Below, piece by piece: positions 9,394-19,314 of a stretch of 64,000 bases of DNA (the stretch's first letter is position 1; each line of letters opens with the position of its first letter). The stretch lies in the NCBI GenBank assembly GCA_018817505.1, contig JAHITR010000083.1, positions 52 through 64,051 on the forward strand, read 5' to 3'. Source of the stretch: Candidatus Bipolaricaulota bacterium (GTDB taxonomy: Bacteria > Bipolaricaulota > Bipolaricaulia > UBA7950 > UBA9294). The notes beneath the pieces were generated by a model. The model had not been told where the DNA came from and did no database searches. It worked only from the letters and a program-made list of their open reading frames with translations. A program made the position numbers and the translations under genes.

Positions 9394-10411
9394 CCAATCC
9401 TCCTTGTCCGTCTCGCCGCTTCCTCGCGCGCAGCCGATCCAGCCAACGTGGCAGCAAGTCGGCAAGATCCGCGACAAGGCCGACATCGGCCACCTGAAAG
9501 ATCGGTGCATCAGCATCGCTGTTGATGGCAATGACTCGCTCAGCCGAAGACATACCCGCCAAGTGATTGGGCGATCCGGAAATGCCCAACGCGATGTACG
9601 TCGTCGGAGAGACCGATTTGCCACTTAGGCCTACTTGATGCGCATGCGAGGCCCAGCCCAAATCGACAGCACAGCGGGAGGCTCCCACCACACCTCCAAG
9701 ATGTGCTGCGATTTCAAACAGATCGGAGAAGCGTTTGGCTGTCCGCAGCCCCCGTCCGCCAGCGACAATCAGTTCTGCATCCTGCAAAGAAGACGCCATC
9801 GTTAGGTCCTCTTCGAATCCAAGACGGAGGACGCGCGAACCGAGAAGGCTCTCATCGATCGTCTCAACCACGATTTCGCCAACTCTGGAAGGATCTGCAG
9901 CCAGCGGGCGACGTGCTTTGGGATGCACAGTCGCCATTTGAGGGCGGTGTTCCGGGGTCTTGATCGTGGCCAACACATTGCCGCCTATGGCGGGTCGTGT
10001 CTGAAGCAGCAAACGTTCGTTTGGATCGATACTCAGCCCAGTACAATCGGCCGTTAGTCCCGTATGCAAATGGGCTGCCAAAACAGGCATCAAGGTGCGT
10101 CCCATCGTCGTTGCCGCTGCCAACAGGATTTCTGGTTGGTGTTCGCGAACCAGGCTCTCTACGATCCGGGCATAAGGATCAACTCGAAAGGTCAACAATT
10201 CGCTGTGCTCAAGGCAGCGAACTCGGTCTGCCCCATGGGCGATTAGGCTCTTGGCTGCGGCTGTGATGCCGGTCCCGACCATGACGCACTCAAGGTAGAC
10301 GTGAAGGTCATCTGCCAAAGCTCGTCCCCACGCCAACAACTCGTAGGAAACCGGATGAATACGGCCGTTGCGTTGTTCGCCTAGAACCCAAACCCCTCGT
10401 GCCACGGTCAT
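9386..10411 (-). CDS. etfA: electron transfer flavoprotein alpha subunit
   Basis: ETF alpha FAD-binding C-terminal domain (IVAGGRG). 4-nt overlap with etfB. Confidence 0.8.
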   Translation of the reverse strand: MTVARGVWVLGEQRNGRIHPVSYELLAWGRALADDLHVYLECVMVGTGITAAAKSLIAHGADRVRCLEHSELLTFRVDPYARIVESLVREHQPEILLAAATTMGRTLMPVLAAHLHTGLTADCTGLSIDPNERLLLQTRPAIGGNVLATIKTPEHRPQMATVHPKARRPLAADPSRVGEIVVETIDESLLGSRVLRLGFEEDLTMASSLQDAELIVAGGRGLRTAKRFSDLFEIAAHLGGVVGASRCAVDLGWASHAHQVGLSGKSVSPTTYIALGISGSPNHLAGMSSAERVIAINSDADAPIFQVADVGLVADLADLLPRWLDRLRARKRRDGQGGLGG

Positions 10412-11205
10412 GGAGCCCTTCTCAACGAGGTTTCCAGGTGATCCAAGGCAGCCTCCATCCCTTCGTCATTCGCGAGAAACAGCTGGGTATTTCGCTGAAA
10501 GGATGGATAGATCACCTTGACCACACGCGTCGGAGATCCAGCCAATCCAAGCAGGGATTTGTCCGCGCCAATGCCCTCGCCATCCAGGACGGTGATGTCC
10601 AATTCGTGCGCTCTCACCTTGCCCGCCAACGTCGGCAAGCGTGGTTCATTCAGTTCACGCAGTACGCAGGCCAATACGGGGAGGGGGCATGATACGATCT
10701 CCGTGCCTCCTTCAATCGCACGGCAGGCCGTAATCGTCCCTTCGTCCCATGTCAGCCTGTTAACGTAGGTGATGAGGGGCAAGCCGCACAGGGCAGCCAC
10801 CATCGGCCCGACTTGCCCTGTTTCGCCATCCGTGGCTCGTTCGCCACACAGGACAAGATCAAACGGAAAGAGCCCTCGCAATCCTTGCACAAGCGTGTAG
10901 GCAGTGGCCCAGGTATCCGCTCCGGCAAACTCACGTCCGCTGAGCAGGATGCCTTCATCACATCCCATGGCCAAAGCTTCACGAATCGCTGATCGGGCCT
11001 GTGATGGTCCCATGGACAGGACGGTAATATGGGTGGTATCAGGAGCGTTGTCCTTGATTCGTACGGCTTGTTCGACTGCGTGAAGATCGAGGGGATTGAT
11101 CGCCGAATCCATTCCCGTACGTATCATCGTGCCCGTTTCCTCGTTCAAGCGAACAGATTCCGTCGTCGGAACCTGCTTGATGAGCACCACGATACGCGCC
11201 AACAT
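10408..11205 (-). CDS. etfB: electron transfer flavoprotein beta subunit
   Basis: ETF beta fold. N-terminus MLARIVVLIKQVP. Confidence 0.8.
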   Translation of the reverse strand: MLARIVVLIKQVPTTESVRLNEETGTMIRTGMDSAINPLDLHAVEQAVRIKDNAPDTTHITVLSMGPSQARSAIREALAMGCDEGILLSGREFAGADTWATAYTLVQGLRGLFPFDLVLCGERATDGETGQVGPMVAALCGLPLITYVNRLTWDEGTITACRAIEGGTEIVSCPLPVLACVLRELNEPRLPTLAGKVRAHELDITVLDGEGIGADKSLLGLAGSPTRVVKVIYPSFQRNTQLFLANDEGMEAALDHLETSLRRAP

Positions 11206-11231
11206 TCCCCCCTCTGCAATCCGTGAGAAGA

Positions 11232-12398
11232 CTACGTGGTTTTAAATTCCTCCCACAACTTGGATACAAGCTCCGAGTCCTCCAGGAGGTTAACCGTCGT
11301 CATGGCCATGGCCTTGGCTGCAGCGAGCATGGCCTTGGCTCCCCGCTCCGAACCGGATGCTTCTGTGAACTCGCGCGAATGCCCAGCCACGTTGTCTTCG
11401 GCGATCTGCACATAGGGATGGATTCCGGGAACCACTTGTGTGACATCGCCCATGTCAGTTGATCCCATAGCATCGTCCCGTTGCGGATTGTGAGGAATGC
11501 CGCAATCGATGAGGTGCTTGAGGAACAGCTCTCCGAGAATCTTGTTTGGCTTCATCGCTTTGTAGGAGATCCCCACTTCTGAGAATGTCATCCTCGCGCC
11601 CGTGGCCAGTGCGGCTCCTTCTGCGCAATGGCGGAGCTTTTCTAGCAGTTCGTCGCGATAGCCGTTCTCTTGCGCACGAACATAAAACTCAGCTGCCGCG
11701 TATTCCGGCACAATGTTCGGCTTGATCCCGCCATGACTGATAATGCCGTGTATCCGCGCACCATCCTTGATGTGCTGGCGAAGCGCGTTGATTCCATTAA
11801 AAGTCTGAATCGCTGCGTCCAGCGCATTGATTCCTTTTTCCGGAGACGCCGAGGCATGGGATGGTTTGCCGAAGAACTCAATGTTGACTTCGGTAATGGC
11901 CAGACTCCCACGACCGACCATCGTATTGCAGGCAGGATGGAACATCATGGCAACATCGACGTCCTCAAACAGTCCGGCATCGATCATCAGGACCTTGCCT
12001 CCGCCACCTTCCTCTGCTGGCGTACCCAAGAAGATAAGCTTGCCTGGGAGCTGGGCTTTCATCGAACCGACAGCCAGCGCTGCGCCCAACCCACCGGCAG
12101 CAATAAGATTGTGCCCGCACGCGTGGCCAATTCCTGGCAAGGCGTCGTATTCGCCAAGAATGGCAATCACCGGGCCGTCAGACACTGCGGGATGCACCGC
12201 ACGGATGGCAGTAGGCAAGCCAGCCACACCCAGTTCAACGTGGAACCCTGCGTTCTTGAGTTCAGTCGCCAACAGCTTGGATGCGAAGACTTCTTCATTC
12301 TTCACTTCGGGATGTTCAAAGATCTGTTGGCTGACAACTCGAAGCTGGCTCTCGATTCGATCAACGGCGTCACGAACCTGAGGTTCTCGATTGCTCAT
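11232..12398 (-). CDS. M20D family amidohydrolase (aminoacylase/hippurate hydrolase-like)
   Basis: Metal-binding motif GHACGHN and M20 dimerisation region. Confidence 0.7.
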   Translation of the reverse strand: MSNREPQVRDAVDRIESQLRVVSQQIFEHPEVKNEEVFASKLLATELKNAGFHVELGVAGLPTAIRAVHPAVSDGPVIAILGEYDALPGIGHACGHNLIAAGGLGAALAVGSMKAQLPGKLIFLGTPAEEGGGGKVLMIDAGLFEDVDVAMMFHPACNTMVGRGSLAITEVNIEFFGKPSHASASPEKGINALDAAIQTFNGINALRQHIKDGARIHGIISHGGIKPNIVPEYAAAEFYVRAQENGYRDELLEKLRHCAEGAALATGARMTFSEVGISYKAMKPNKILGELFLKHLIDCGIPHNPQRDDAMGSTDMGDVTQVVPGIHPYVQIAEDNVAGHSREFTEASGSERGAKAMLAAAKAMAMTTVNLLEDSELVSKLWEEFKTT

Positions 12399-12413
12399 AG
12401 GGTCTCCTCATTC

Positions 12414-13115
12414 TCAAGTATTCAACGCCAAACGTAGCGCTGAGGCTACGAGACAATCCAGCGCGTCAATCCAGCAAACCGGCATGTCTTTGCCCGATAT
12501 CAGTGATATTTCTGTGCAACCGGCAATGACGGCTTCTGCGCCTTTGTCAGCCAGGCGAGCCGTAATGGATGCAGCATGGCGTTGGACTGAGGCACCAGAT
12601 CCGCCTGCCTTCACGCGGCGGATGATGTCCATCACCAATTCCTGATCCGTTTCATTGGGGGTAATCAGTTGGATGTCTCTCATCGCGCAGGCCGCAGCAT
12701 ACAGCCCTGTTCGGAGCGTTCCTGTGGTCGCGAGCAGGCCAACTTTGTGAACCGTGAGCGCCCGGACGGTCTCCACAATCATGTCTATGAACGGAATATC
12801 CACAGCTGAGCGAATCGCGTCTTTGAAGAAGTGCCCTGTGTTGCACGGCATGGTAAGGAAATCAGCCCCAGAAGCAGCCAGTCCGCGGGCCATCGACGCA
12901 AGAACTGGGCTAGGATCTGGACCGCTACCGAAGATGGCGTCCGTACGATCAGGAATGTGCGGATTGTTGTCAATGAGAATACGAACATGAGCCTGATCAA
13001 AAGCAGCAGGCGTCGCTGCCACCAGGCGTCGAAAGTATTCGATCGTCGCTGCGGGTCCCATGCCCCCAAGAATCCCGATTGTCTTGGTTGGCCTTTGTCC
13101 TTTGTATTGGATCAT
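12414..13115 (-). CDS. Asp/Glu/hydantoin racemase family protein
   Basis: N-terminus GILGGMGPAATIEYFRRLV is typical of the aspartate racemase superfamily. Confidence 0.65.
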   Translation of the reverse strand: MIQYKGQRPTKTIGILGGMGPAATIEYFRRLVAATPAAFDQAHVRILIDNNPHIPDRTDAIFGSGPDPSPVLASMARGLAASGADFLTMPCNTGHFFKDAIRSAVDIPFIDMIVETVRALTVHKVGLLATTGTLRTGLYAAACAMRDIQLITPNETDQELVMDIIRRVKAGGSGASVQRHAASITARLADKGAEAVIAGCTEISLISGKDMPVCWIDALDCLVASALRLALNT

Positions 13116-13128
13116 TCGACCTCTATTT

Positions 13129-14094
13129 CTATTCCGTATTTCGGCGTTTATACGCGATTAGGGCAGACGCAACCAAGCATGGGGGGGCGGTGTCGAGGAT
13201 GTCCGCGTAGTCAGACAGCGAGAATGCCTCAACCACAGACGGAGCACCCTTGCCGAGCAGACACACAAGCGGAGGGAGAATCTCTCGGTGATCGGCCTTA
13301 AGATCGTCCCGGGCCATCACAAACGCATCTTCGACATTCCCCCTTTCAAATGCCAACTCCAGAAGAGTCTCAAGCTGTCTCAGAAAGCTTGATTCTAGGG
13401 AACTCGCTGCCCCGTCGTCGCTCTTGGATCCATAGAATGCCCCGTAGTGCACGACATCCGCTGTGGTCACAATCGCCGTTTCATCGTCCCAGTGGTCATA
13501 CAACCAACGCCCCAACCTCTCAGCAGAATCCAATGAGCTGGTCAGAGGATGCCGTGTCATCCCGACATACATGGGAGTGACTGGCAGCGGATCCAGACGA
13601 TAGACATCGGCAGCCAAGCGCAGGATGGCATGGAACGTATCCAGCGAGAATTCATCCTTGAGCAAGTTGGCATGATCGAACCGGATTGCCGATTCCGGGG
13701 CGTCACCGAGGTCGGTCACAGAGAGCGTCCCAAAAGGCGTCATCACTCGATCGATTGCCGGAAGAAATGCCCCAGATAGGTTCGCATAGGCGGCCTCGCG
13801 TTCGGCGTGCGGCGCACAGTCGTCTGCGGCAATCCGGTACAAGGGAACGAGGGATCCGTGCATCACTCCCAAGGTAATGACCCGTTTGAATCCATGTCCA
13901 TAGAGCCACGATGCGACACGCGTTTGGAGGGGCCCCGAGTAATCGATTGCTGTGTGGGGAAATGACAGAATCATCCGAGGGTCAAACACTCCTGCGGCTG
14001 TCGTGTTCTCATCGGCAATCCGTAGCCACTCTACGATCTTGGCCCGTGTCGATGCTTCCCTCAGCTCCGCGTCGTAATACGGTTTCCAATCCAT
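13129..14094 (-). CDS. MEMO1-family (AmmeMemoRadiSam system protein B-like) protein
   Basis: Memo signature-like FPHTAIDYSGP (compare PHAGYxYSG). About 320 aa. Confidence 0.45.
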   Translation of the reverse strand: MDWKPYYDAELREASTRAKIVEWLRIADENTTAAGVFDPRMILSFPHTAIDYSGPLQTRVASWLYGHGFKRVITLGVMHGSLVPLYRIAADDCAPHAEREAAYANLSGAFLPAIDRVMTPFGTLSVTDLGDAPESAIRFDHANLLKDEFSLDTFHAILRLAADVYRLDPLPVTPMYVGMTRHPLTSSLDSAERLGRWLYDHWDDETAIVTTADVVHYGAFYGSKSDDGAASSLESSFLRQLETLLELAFERGNVEDAFVMARDDLKADHREILPPLVCLLGKGAPSVVEAFSLSDYADILDTAPPCLVASALIAYKRRNTE

Positions 14095-14184
14095 GTCGGG
14101 CCAATCCTACGCGCAACCCGAGCGACATGCCAGATAGTGATGCACGCACAAAGACAGGATAGACTGACGTCGAAAGGAGTTCCT

Positions 14185-16122
14185 ATGAAACCCGTTCAAA
14201 TCGAAGATCTCTTGGACTATCGTTTCCTTTCTTCAGTAGAGATTGCTCCCAGTGGTGACTGGGCCGCGTTCGTGGTCAAGTCCGCGGATGCTGCAAAGAA
14301 GGGCTACGATGCCGACATTTACCTCGCCCCACTCGCAGGGGGTGAGGTGCGGCGGCTTACGACTTCGGGCAAGGACGGACCCTTTATCTGGGAGGCAGCG
14401 GGAGACGTCATCTTGTTCGCCTCAAAGCGCAAGGAAGACGTCAAGGGAACTGCGCTTTATCGCATACGCATAACGGGAGGGGAAGCCGAATTCGTCGTCG
14501 AGCTTCCACACAAAGCTGAAGCGTTTCAGCTGCTCCCGGATGGTCGCATTCTGTTCACTGCACGCGTTCCACTCGACGAAGCGCCGGACCAGGATGATGC
14601 AGGAGACTACGAGGTGCTTGAAGAGATTCCGTTCTGGCAGAACAGCAAGGGATTCACCAGCCGAAAGCGCGTTCGCCTGTTCATTTGCGATCCAGCAACG
14701 CGAGAGACCAAGACATTGTCAGAGCCCGAGTTGGAGATCCAATCGTTTGATTGCTTGGAGAATCGCCTCACCTACGTTGCACGACGATTCTCAGGCATTG
14801 CAGCCACAACCAGCGAATTGTGGCTTCATGATCTCATCTCCGGAGACAGTCAGAGCCTCTCTAGGGACGAACTCGCGTTGAGCGATGCTCGATTTCTGGA
14901 TCACGAGTCTCTGCTTGTGTTGGCTTCAGACATGGCTCAATACGGACTCAGTCAGAATCGCGAATTGCTGCTTTACAACTTGCCGAATCGCACAAGCCAA
15001 AGCCTCACGCCAGGATGGGATCGCTCAGTCGGGAACTCCGTAGCCTCAGATTGCCGTCATGGCGGAGGCCCCACGCTGTGCGTCGATCAGGGATTCGCGT
15101 ATGTCACCATCACGGAACGAGCGACTTCCAAAGTCGTTCGGATCTCGCGCGATGGAACCATGACCGTCGTCGCTGACCCCAACGGCTCAGTCGATGCGTT
15201 TGCAGTGTCTCATGGCCGTATCGTTTGCGCAGAACTCCACGCAGATGCCCTCCACGAGCTGTACATCTATGACGGCGGTTCTTCACGCAAGTTAACCTCA
15301 CTGAACGAGAATGGCCTGGCCGAGAAGACCGTTTCCATGCCCGAGCCGTTTTCTGTCAAGTCTGGGAACACGACCTTGGATGCGTGGATCGTCAAGCCCA
15401 CTGCCTTTGACCCGGGCACCAAGTATCCCACAATCCTCACCATTCATGGGGGGCCACGAGGAGCGTATGGCGATGTCTTCTTTCATGAAATGCAATTCTT
15501 TGCCGCTCAGGGCTATGTCCTGATCTATACCAACCCTCGTGGATCGTCAGGTCGAGGCAATGACTTCGCCAATTTGCAGGGCAAATATGGCACCATCGAC
15601 TACGACGATCTGATGTCTGTGGTCGATGCCGCCATTGAGAGGTTCCCATTCATCGATACCGATCGCCTCGGAGTCACCGGGGGATCCTATGGTGGGTTCA
15701 TGACGAATTGGATCATCGGCCACACGAATCGATTCAAAGCCGCTGTATCCCTGCGTTCGATTGCCAACTGGACGAGCAAGTTCAACACGACGGATATCGG
15801 CTATTACTTCAACAAGGACGCCATGGGAACTGATCCCTGGGCCGATGGGGGCGCTGACAAGCTCTGGTGGCATTCGCCATTGAAATACGCAGACAAGGCA
15901 GTCACTCCGACACTGTTCATTCACTCGGAACAGGACTATCGCTGCTGGCTTGCTGAAGGCCTTCAAATGTTCACTGCGCTGCGCTATCACGGCGTGGACA
16001 GCCGGTTGGTGATGTTTAGGGAAGAGAACCACGAGCTATCACGGTCGGGGAAACCCAAGCATCGTGCACGACGGCTTCAAGAGATGCTCAACTGGTTCAA
16101 TCGATATCTGAAATCTGAATGA
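14185..16122 (+). CDS. S9 family serine peptidase (acylaminoacyl-peptidase/prolyl oligopeptidase type) with N-terminal beta-propeller
   Basis: Catalytic GGSYGG motif and C-terminal alpha/beta hydrolase with D and H. AAAGGAG SD at ATG 14185. Confidence 0.8.
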   Translation: MKPVQIEDLLDYRFLSSVEIAPSGDWAAFVVKSADAAKKGYDADIYLAPLAGGEVRRLTTSGKDGPFIWEAAGDVILFASKRKEDVKGTALYRIRITGGEAEFVVELPHKAEAFQLLPDGRILFTARVPLDEAPDQDDAGDYEVLEEIPFWQNSKGFTSRKRVRLFICDPATRETKTLSEPELEIQSFDCLENRLTYVARRFSGIAATTSELWLHDLISGDSQSLSRDELALSDARFLDHESLLVLASDMAQYGLSQNRELLLYNLPNRTSQSLTPGWDRSVGNSVASDCRHGGGPTLCVDQGFAYVTITERATSKVVRISRDGTMTVVADPNGSVDAFAVSHGRIVCAELHADALHELYIYDGGSSRKLTSLNENGLAEKTVSMPEPFSVKSGNTTLDAWIVKPTAFDPGTKYPTILTIHGGPRGAYGDVFFHEMQFFAAQGYVLIYTNPRGSSGRGNDFANLQGKYGTIDYDDLMSVVDAAIERFPFIDTDRLGVTGGSYGGFMTNWIIGHTNRFKAAVSLRSIANWTSKFNTTDIGYYFNKDAMGTDPWADGGADKLWWHSPLKYADKAVTPTLFIHSEQDYRCWLAEGLQMFTALRYHGVDSRLVMFREENHELSRSGKPKHRARRLQEMLNWFNRYLKSE

Positions 16123-16131
16123 GGTGATCCG

Positions 16132-17178
16132 ATGCAACTGGGTGGCATTCCGCGACTTTCATTGGGCGAGTTTCCGACACCGCTTCAAGAGCTGAAGAAT
16201 CTAGGCCGCATCTTGGGCGGCCCGCGAGTTTTCGTGAAGCGTGATGATCTGACCGGTCTAGGATTGGGCGGCAACAAGCTGCGCAAGCTGGAATATGCGC
16301 TCGCCGAGGCGGCAGCATCGGGGGCGACCGTTGTAATCACCGTCGGGGGTCCCCAGTCCAATCACGTGCGTCTTACCACCGCAGCCTGCAACAAGCTCGG
16401 TCTGAAAACCGTCTTGGTCATTCGCGGCAAGTTGCCCGTGAAGCCCTCCGGCAATCTGCTGATCGATCACATTCTTGGGCCTTCGGAAATCCACTACGTC
16501 GGAGCCGATGGATTCCCTGCCAAAGGAGAACTGGATCGAGTCGCGGATGAGAAGGCAAATGAGATCGCTGAGCGATTGCGCGCAGAGGGTGAGGTCCCCT
16601 ATTTCATCCCCAATGGGTGCCGCGCCATCCACGGCGCCATGGGCTATGCCAGCTGTGTCTTGGAGATGGTGAGCCAGTTTAAGGATCGACAACTGGCCCC
16701 CACCGCCGTATTCACGGCAATCGGCACATCGAGCACACATACAGGATTGGTTCTTGGCGCCCATTTGTTCACCCAAGATCAACTCAAAATCGTCGGTATT
16801 AGCGTAGCCAACGCATCAGGAGGGCTCACTGAGCGAGTCGCGAGACAACTGCAAGAGGCTGTCGATTACTTCAAGCTGGCATCGACCGTGCCCCAAAAGG
16901 CCATTGCCATTCTCGACGACTACGTCGGAGATGGGTACGGCATTCCGACGGAAGCCATGAAGGAAGCCGTGCTTCTCACGGCACGATCCGAAGGCGTATT
17001 GCTGGACCCCGTGTATACGGGAAAGGCCATGGCAGGATTGATCGATCGCGTGCGCGCTGGCGACTACACCACGGACGATGTCGTCGTGCTATTGCACACA
17101 GGGGGAACCCCCGCGCTGTTCGCCGATACGCAAATTGACACGTTCATTGATGCATCCAGCGGGACAGATAATCCATGA
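16132..17178 (+). CDS. dcyD: D-cysteine desulfhydrase / ACC deaminase family PLP enzyme
   Basis: LGGNKLRKLEY lysine motif of the ACCD/DcyD family. Confidence 0.75.
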   Translation: MQLGGIPRLSLGEFPTPLQELKNLGRILGGPRVFVKRDDLTGLGLGGNKLRKLEYALAEAAASGATVVITVGGPQSNHVRLTTAACNKLGLKTVLVIRGKLPVKPSGNLLIDHILGPSEIHYVGADGFPAKGELDRVADEKANEIAERLRAEGEVPYFIPNGCRAIHGAMGYASCVLEMVSQFKDRQLAPTAVFTAIGTSSTHTGLVLGAHLFTQDQLKIVGISVANASGGLTERVARQLQEAVDYFKLASTVPQKAIAILDDYVGDGYGIPTEAMKEAVLLTARSEGVLLDPVYTGKAMAGLIDRVRAGDYTTDDVVVLLHTGGTPALFADTQIDTFIDASSGTDNP

Positions 17179-17645
17179 AAGACCGGATCAACATCCGTCG
17201 ACTCGAACATTCAGACAGCGATCTCGGAAGCCAGACGATTCGCACCGTCAAGCACGCCGATCCCCTGGATGAAACGACGTCGTTCACCCAAGACAACATG
17301 AAGCAGTGGCTGGAGAATCCCTCCCATGTCCTTATTGTCGCGAGTCAGGATCAAGTCGGCATTGGTTTTGCTCTTGGGTACCTCCTGAATCGGATCGACC
17401 CACCTCGTCCTATGCTTTGCTTCTATGAGTTGGAGGTCGCTCCAGCATATCGCGGGCGTGGCATCGGCAAACGACTGGTTGAAGCCATGAAACTCGTGGC
17501 GCGTGACGCTCAGGCGATCAAGATGTGGGTCCAAGCCAATGGAGATAACCAAGCGGCACGCGAACTGTATCAACGGTGCGGTGGCATTGAGAGTGCGGTC
17601 CCTGACTACATCTATGTGTGGCCTGAATGGGCTGTCAACGGCTAG
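17175..17645 (+). CDS. GNAT family N-acetyltransferase
   Basis: Acetyl-CoA motif A: RGRGIGKRLVEAM. 4-nt overlap with dcyD. Confidence 0.75.
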   Translation: MKDRINIRRLEHSDSDLGSQTIRTVKHADPLDETTSFTQDNMKQWLENPSHVLIVASQDQVGIGFALGYLLNRIDPPRPMLCFYELEVAPAYRGRGIGKRLVEAMKLVARDAQAIKMWVQANGDNQAARELYQRCGGIESAVPDYIYVWPEWAVNG

Positions 17646-17867
17646 GTAGACCGATTCTACTTGCAGTCGTCAAGAGCAAAGAGCAAAAGGAGAGGCCTGA
17701 GCCTCCCCTCTTGCCATGCACCGGGTGGTGCTAGCTGTCTGTACGATTATCTTGCCATATGTCCGGATGCCTCACCCTGGAACTGGTTCCCAAATCAGAG
17801 GACAACGAGCCATGGCAGGGGGGACACAACTCCTATTTTAGACCGTATCTTGAGTGCGCGATTTCGC

Positions 17868-17909
17868 CACAACAACGAAGAAGGGGAAGCCAAGATGGCT
17901 TCCCCTTCA
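17868..17909 (-). terminator. intrinsic terminator downstream of nfnAB (13-bp perfect stem GAAGGGGAAGCCA/TGGCTTCCCCTTC, 3-nt loop)
   Basis: Perfect inverted repeat at 17880-17909 followed on the minus strand by TTCGTTGTTGTGG. Confidence 0.65.
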
Positions 17910-17931
17910 TGGCGTTGTTCCCATTCCGCGA

Positions 17932-19314
17932 CTATTTCTCAGCAAGAAAAGCATGCATCGCAACTGCTGCACGCTTGCCCGCACCCATCGCCTCAATCAC
18001 CGTGGCAGCGCCCGTGACAATGTCTCCGCCAGCATAGACGCCGGGGATACTGGTCAGCCCAGTTTCTGGGTCAGCGACAATGCTTCCCCAACGGTTCAGA
18101 TCAAGATTGGGCGTGCTCTGTGGAATGAGGGGATGGGGCCCGTTTCCGATAGCAATGACAACTGTCTCCGCCTCGATCTCGAATTCCGAACCCTCAATCG
18201 GAACCGGGCGCCGACGGCCCGAGTCGTCTGGCTCGCCTAGTTCCATCTTGATGCAACGAATGGCCCTTAGGTTTCCGTTCTCACCGATGAACTCGATGGG
18301 ATTGGTCAGCAACTGAAACTGAATTCCCTCTTCTTTGGCATGGTGAACTTCCTCACCACGAGCAGGGAGCTCATCCTCTGATCGGCGATAAACGATGAAC
18401 GACTCTTTGGCCCCCAACCGGAGCGCAGTTCGGGACGAATCCATGGCTACGTTGCCGCCGCCGACCGTGACAACCCGCTTCCCGACCTTGATCGGGGTGT
18501 CGTATTCCGGGAATCGGTACGCCTTCATGAGGTTGGTTCGCGTCAGGAACTCATTGGCCGAGAACACGCCGTTGAGACTCTCGCCAGGCACACCGAGAAA
18601 TCGCGGAAGCCCGGCACCCGTTCCGATGAACACGCTATCGTAGTCACCGTCAAGCAGATCCTGAACGGTCTGCGTGCGTCCGATGACCTTATTCACCTTG
18701 ACTTCCACCCCCATCTCGCAGAGGGCGCTAATCTCCCGCTGAACGATGTGCTTGGGAAGTCGGAATTCCGGGATTCCGTACATCAGGACACCTCCGGCCA
18801 CATGAAGCAGCTCGAAGATTGTGACCGAGTGGCCGCGCCGCCGCATTTCTCCGGCTACAGTCAACCCGGCAGGACCGGCACCAATGACGGCAATGCGCTT
18901 GCCGGTATCCGGCTCAATGTTCGCGTAGCGGGTCTCGTTCTCGGCCTCCCAATCGGCGCAAAAGCGCTCCAGTCGTCCGATGGCTACTGGCTCGAAACGC
19001 CCGGCCAGCGTACATACACCCTGGCACTGATTCTCTTGCGGACAAACGCGACCACACACTGCAGGAAGCGAGTTGTCTGTCTTGATCACTGAAATGGCTT
19101 GTCCAAATTCGCGGTTCTTGACGTGTTCAATGAATTTGGGGATGTCAATACCGACAGGACACCCCTTGACGCACGGCTCATGCGGGCATTGAAGGCACCT
19201 CTCCGCTTCTTGAACGGCTTCGTCTGGCGAATAGCCGAGGGGGACTTCGTTGAAGTTGTGGACGCGCTCGGCAGCTGGTTGCTCGCGCATCGGTGTCTGT
19301 TTCGCATGGATCAC
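17932..19314 (-). CDS. nfnB: NfnB-like (GltD/SudA family) NADPH-dependent FAD/[4Fe-4S] oxidoreductase subunit
   Basis: N-terminal 2x[4Fe-4S] Cys motifs plus two Rossmann GxGxxG/A (GAGPAG, GGGNVA). About 460 aa, paired with a PyrK-like subunit. Confidence 0.65.
   Translation of the reverse strand: MIHAKQTPMREQPAAERVHNFNEVPLGYSPDEAVQEAERCLQCPHEPCVKGCPVGIDIPKFIEHVKNREFGQAISVIKTDNSLPAVCGRVCPQENQCQGVCTLAGRFEPVAIGRLERFCADWEAENETRYANIEPDTGKRIAVIGAGPAGLTVAGEMRRRGHSVTIFELLHVAGGVLMYGIPEFRLPKHIVQREISALCEMGVEVKVNKVIGRTQTVQDLLDGDYDSVFIGTGAGLPRFLGVPGESLNGVFSANEFLTRTNLMKAYRFPEYDTPIKVGKRVVTVGGGNVAMDSSRTALRLGAKESFIVYRRSEDELPARGEEVHHAKEEGIQFQLLTNPIEFIGENGNLRAIRCIKMELGEPDDSGRRRPVPIEGSEFEIEAETVVIAIGNGPHPLIPQSTPNLDLNRWGSIVADPETGLTSIPGVYAGGDIVTGAATVIEAMGAGKRAAVAMHAFLAEK

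Noticed and set aside
7954-9624. ORF-caller 556-aa version of the FAD-linked oxidase
   Set aside because: Its first ~80 codons overlap the etfA 3' end by 240 nt and contain no FAD-domain sequence. An internal start with AGGAGG SD just after the etfA stop is far more plausible.
17646-17931. Possible tRNA in the 286-nt gap (GGTTCCCAAATC resembles a T-arm)
   Set aside because: No acceptor stem, D-arm or anticodon stem can be built around it. The gap is better explained by the nfnAB terminator hairpin.
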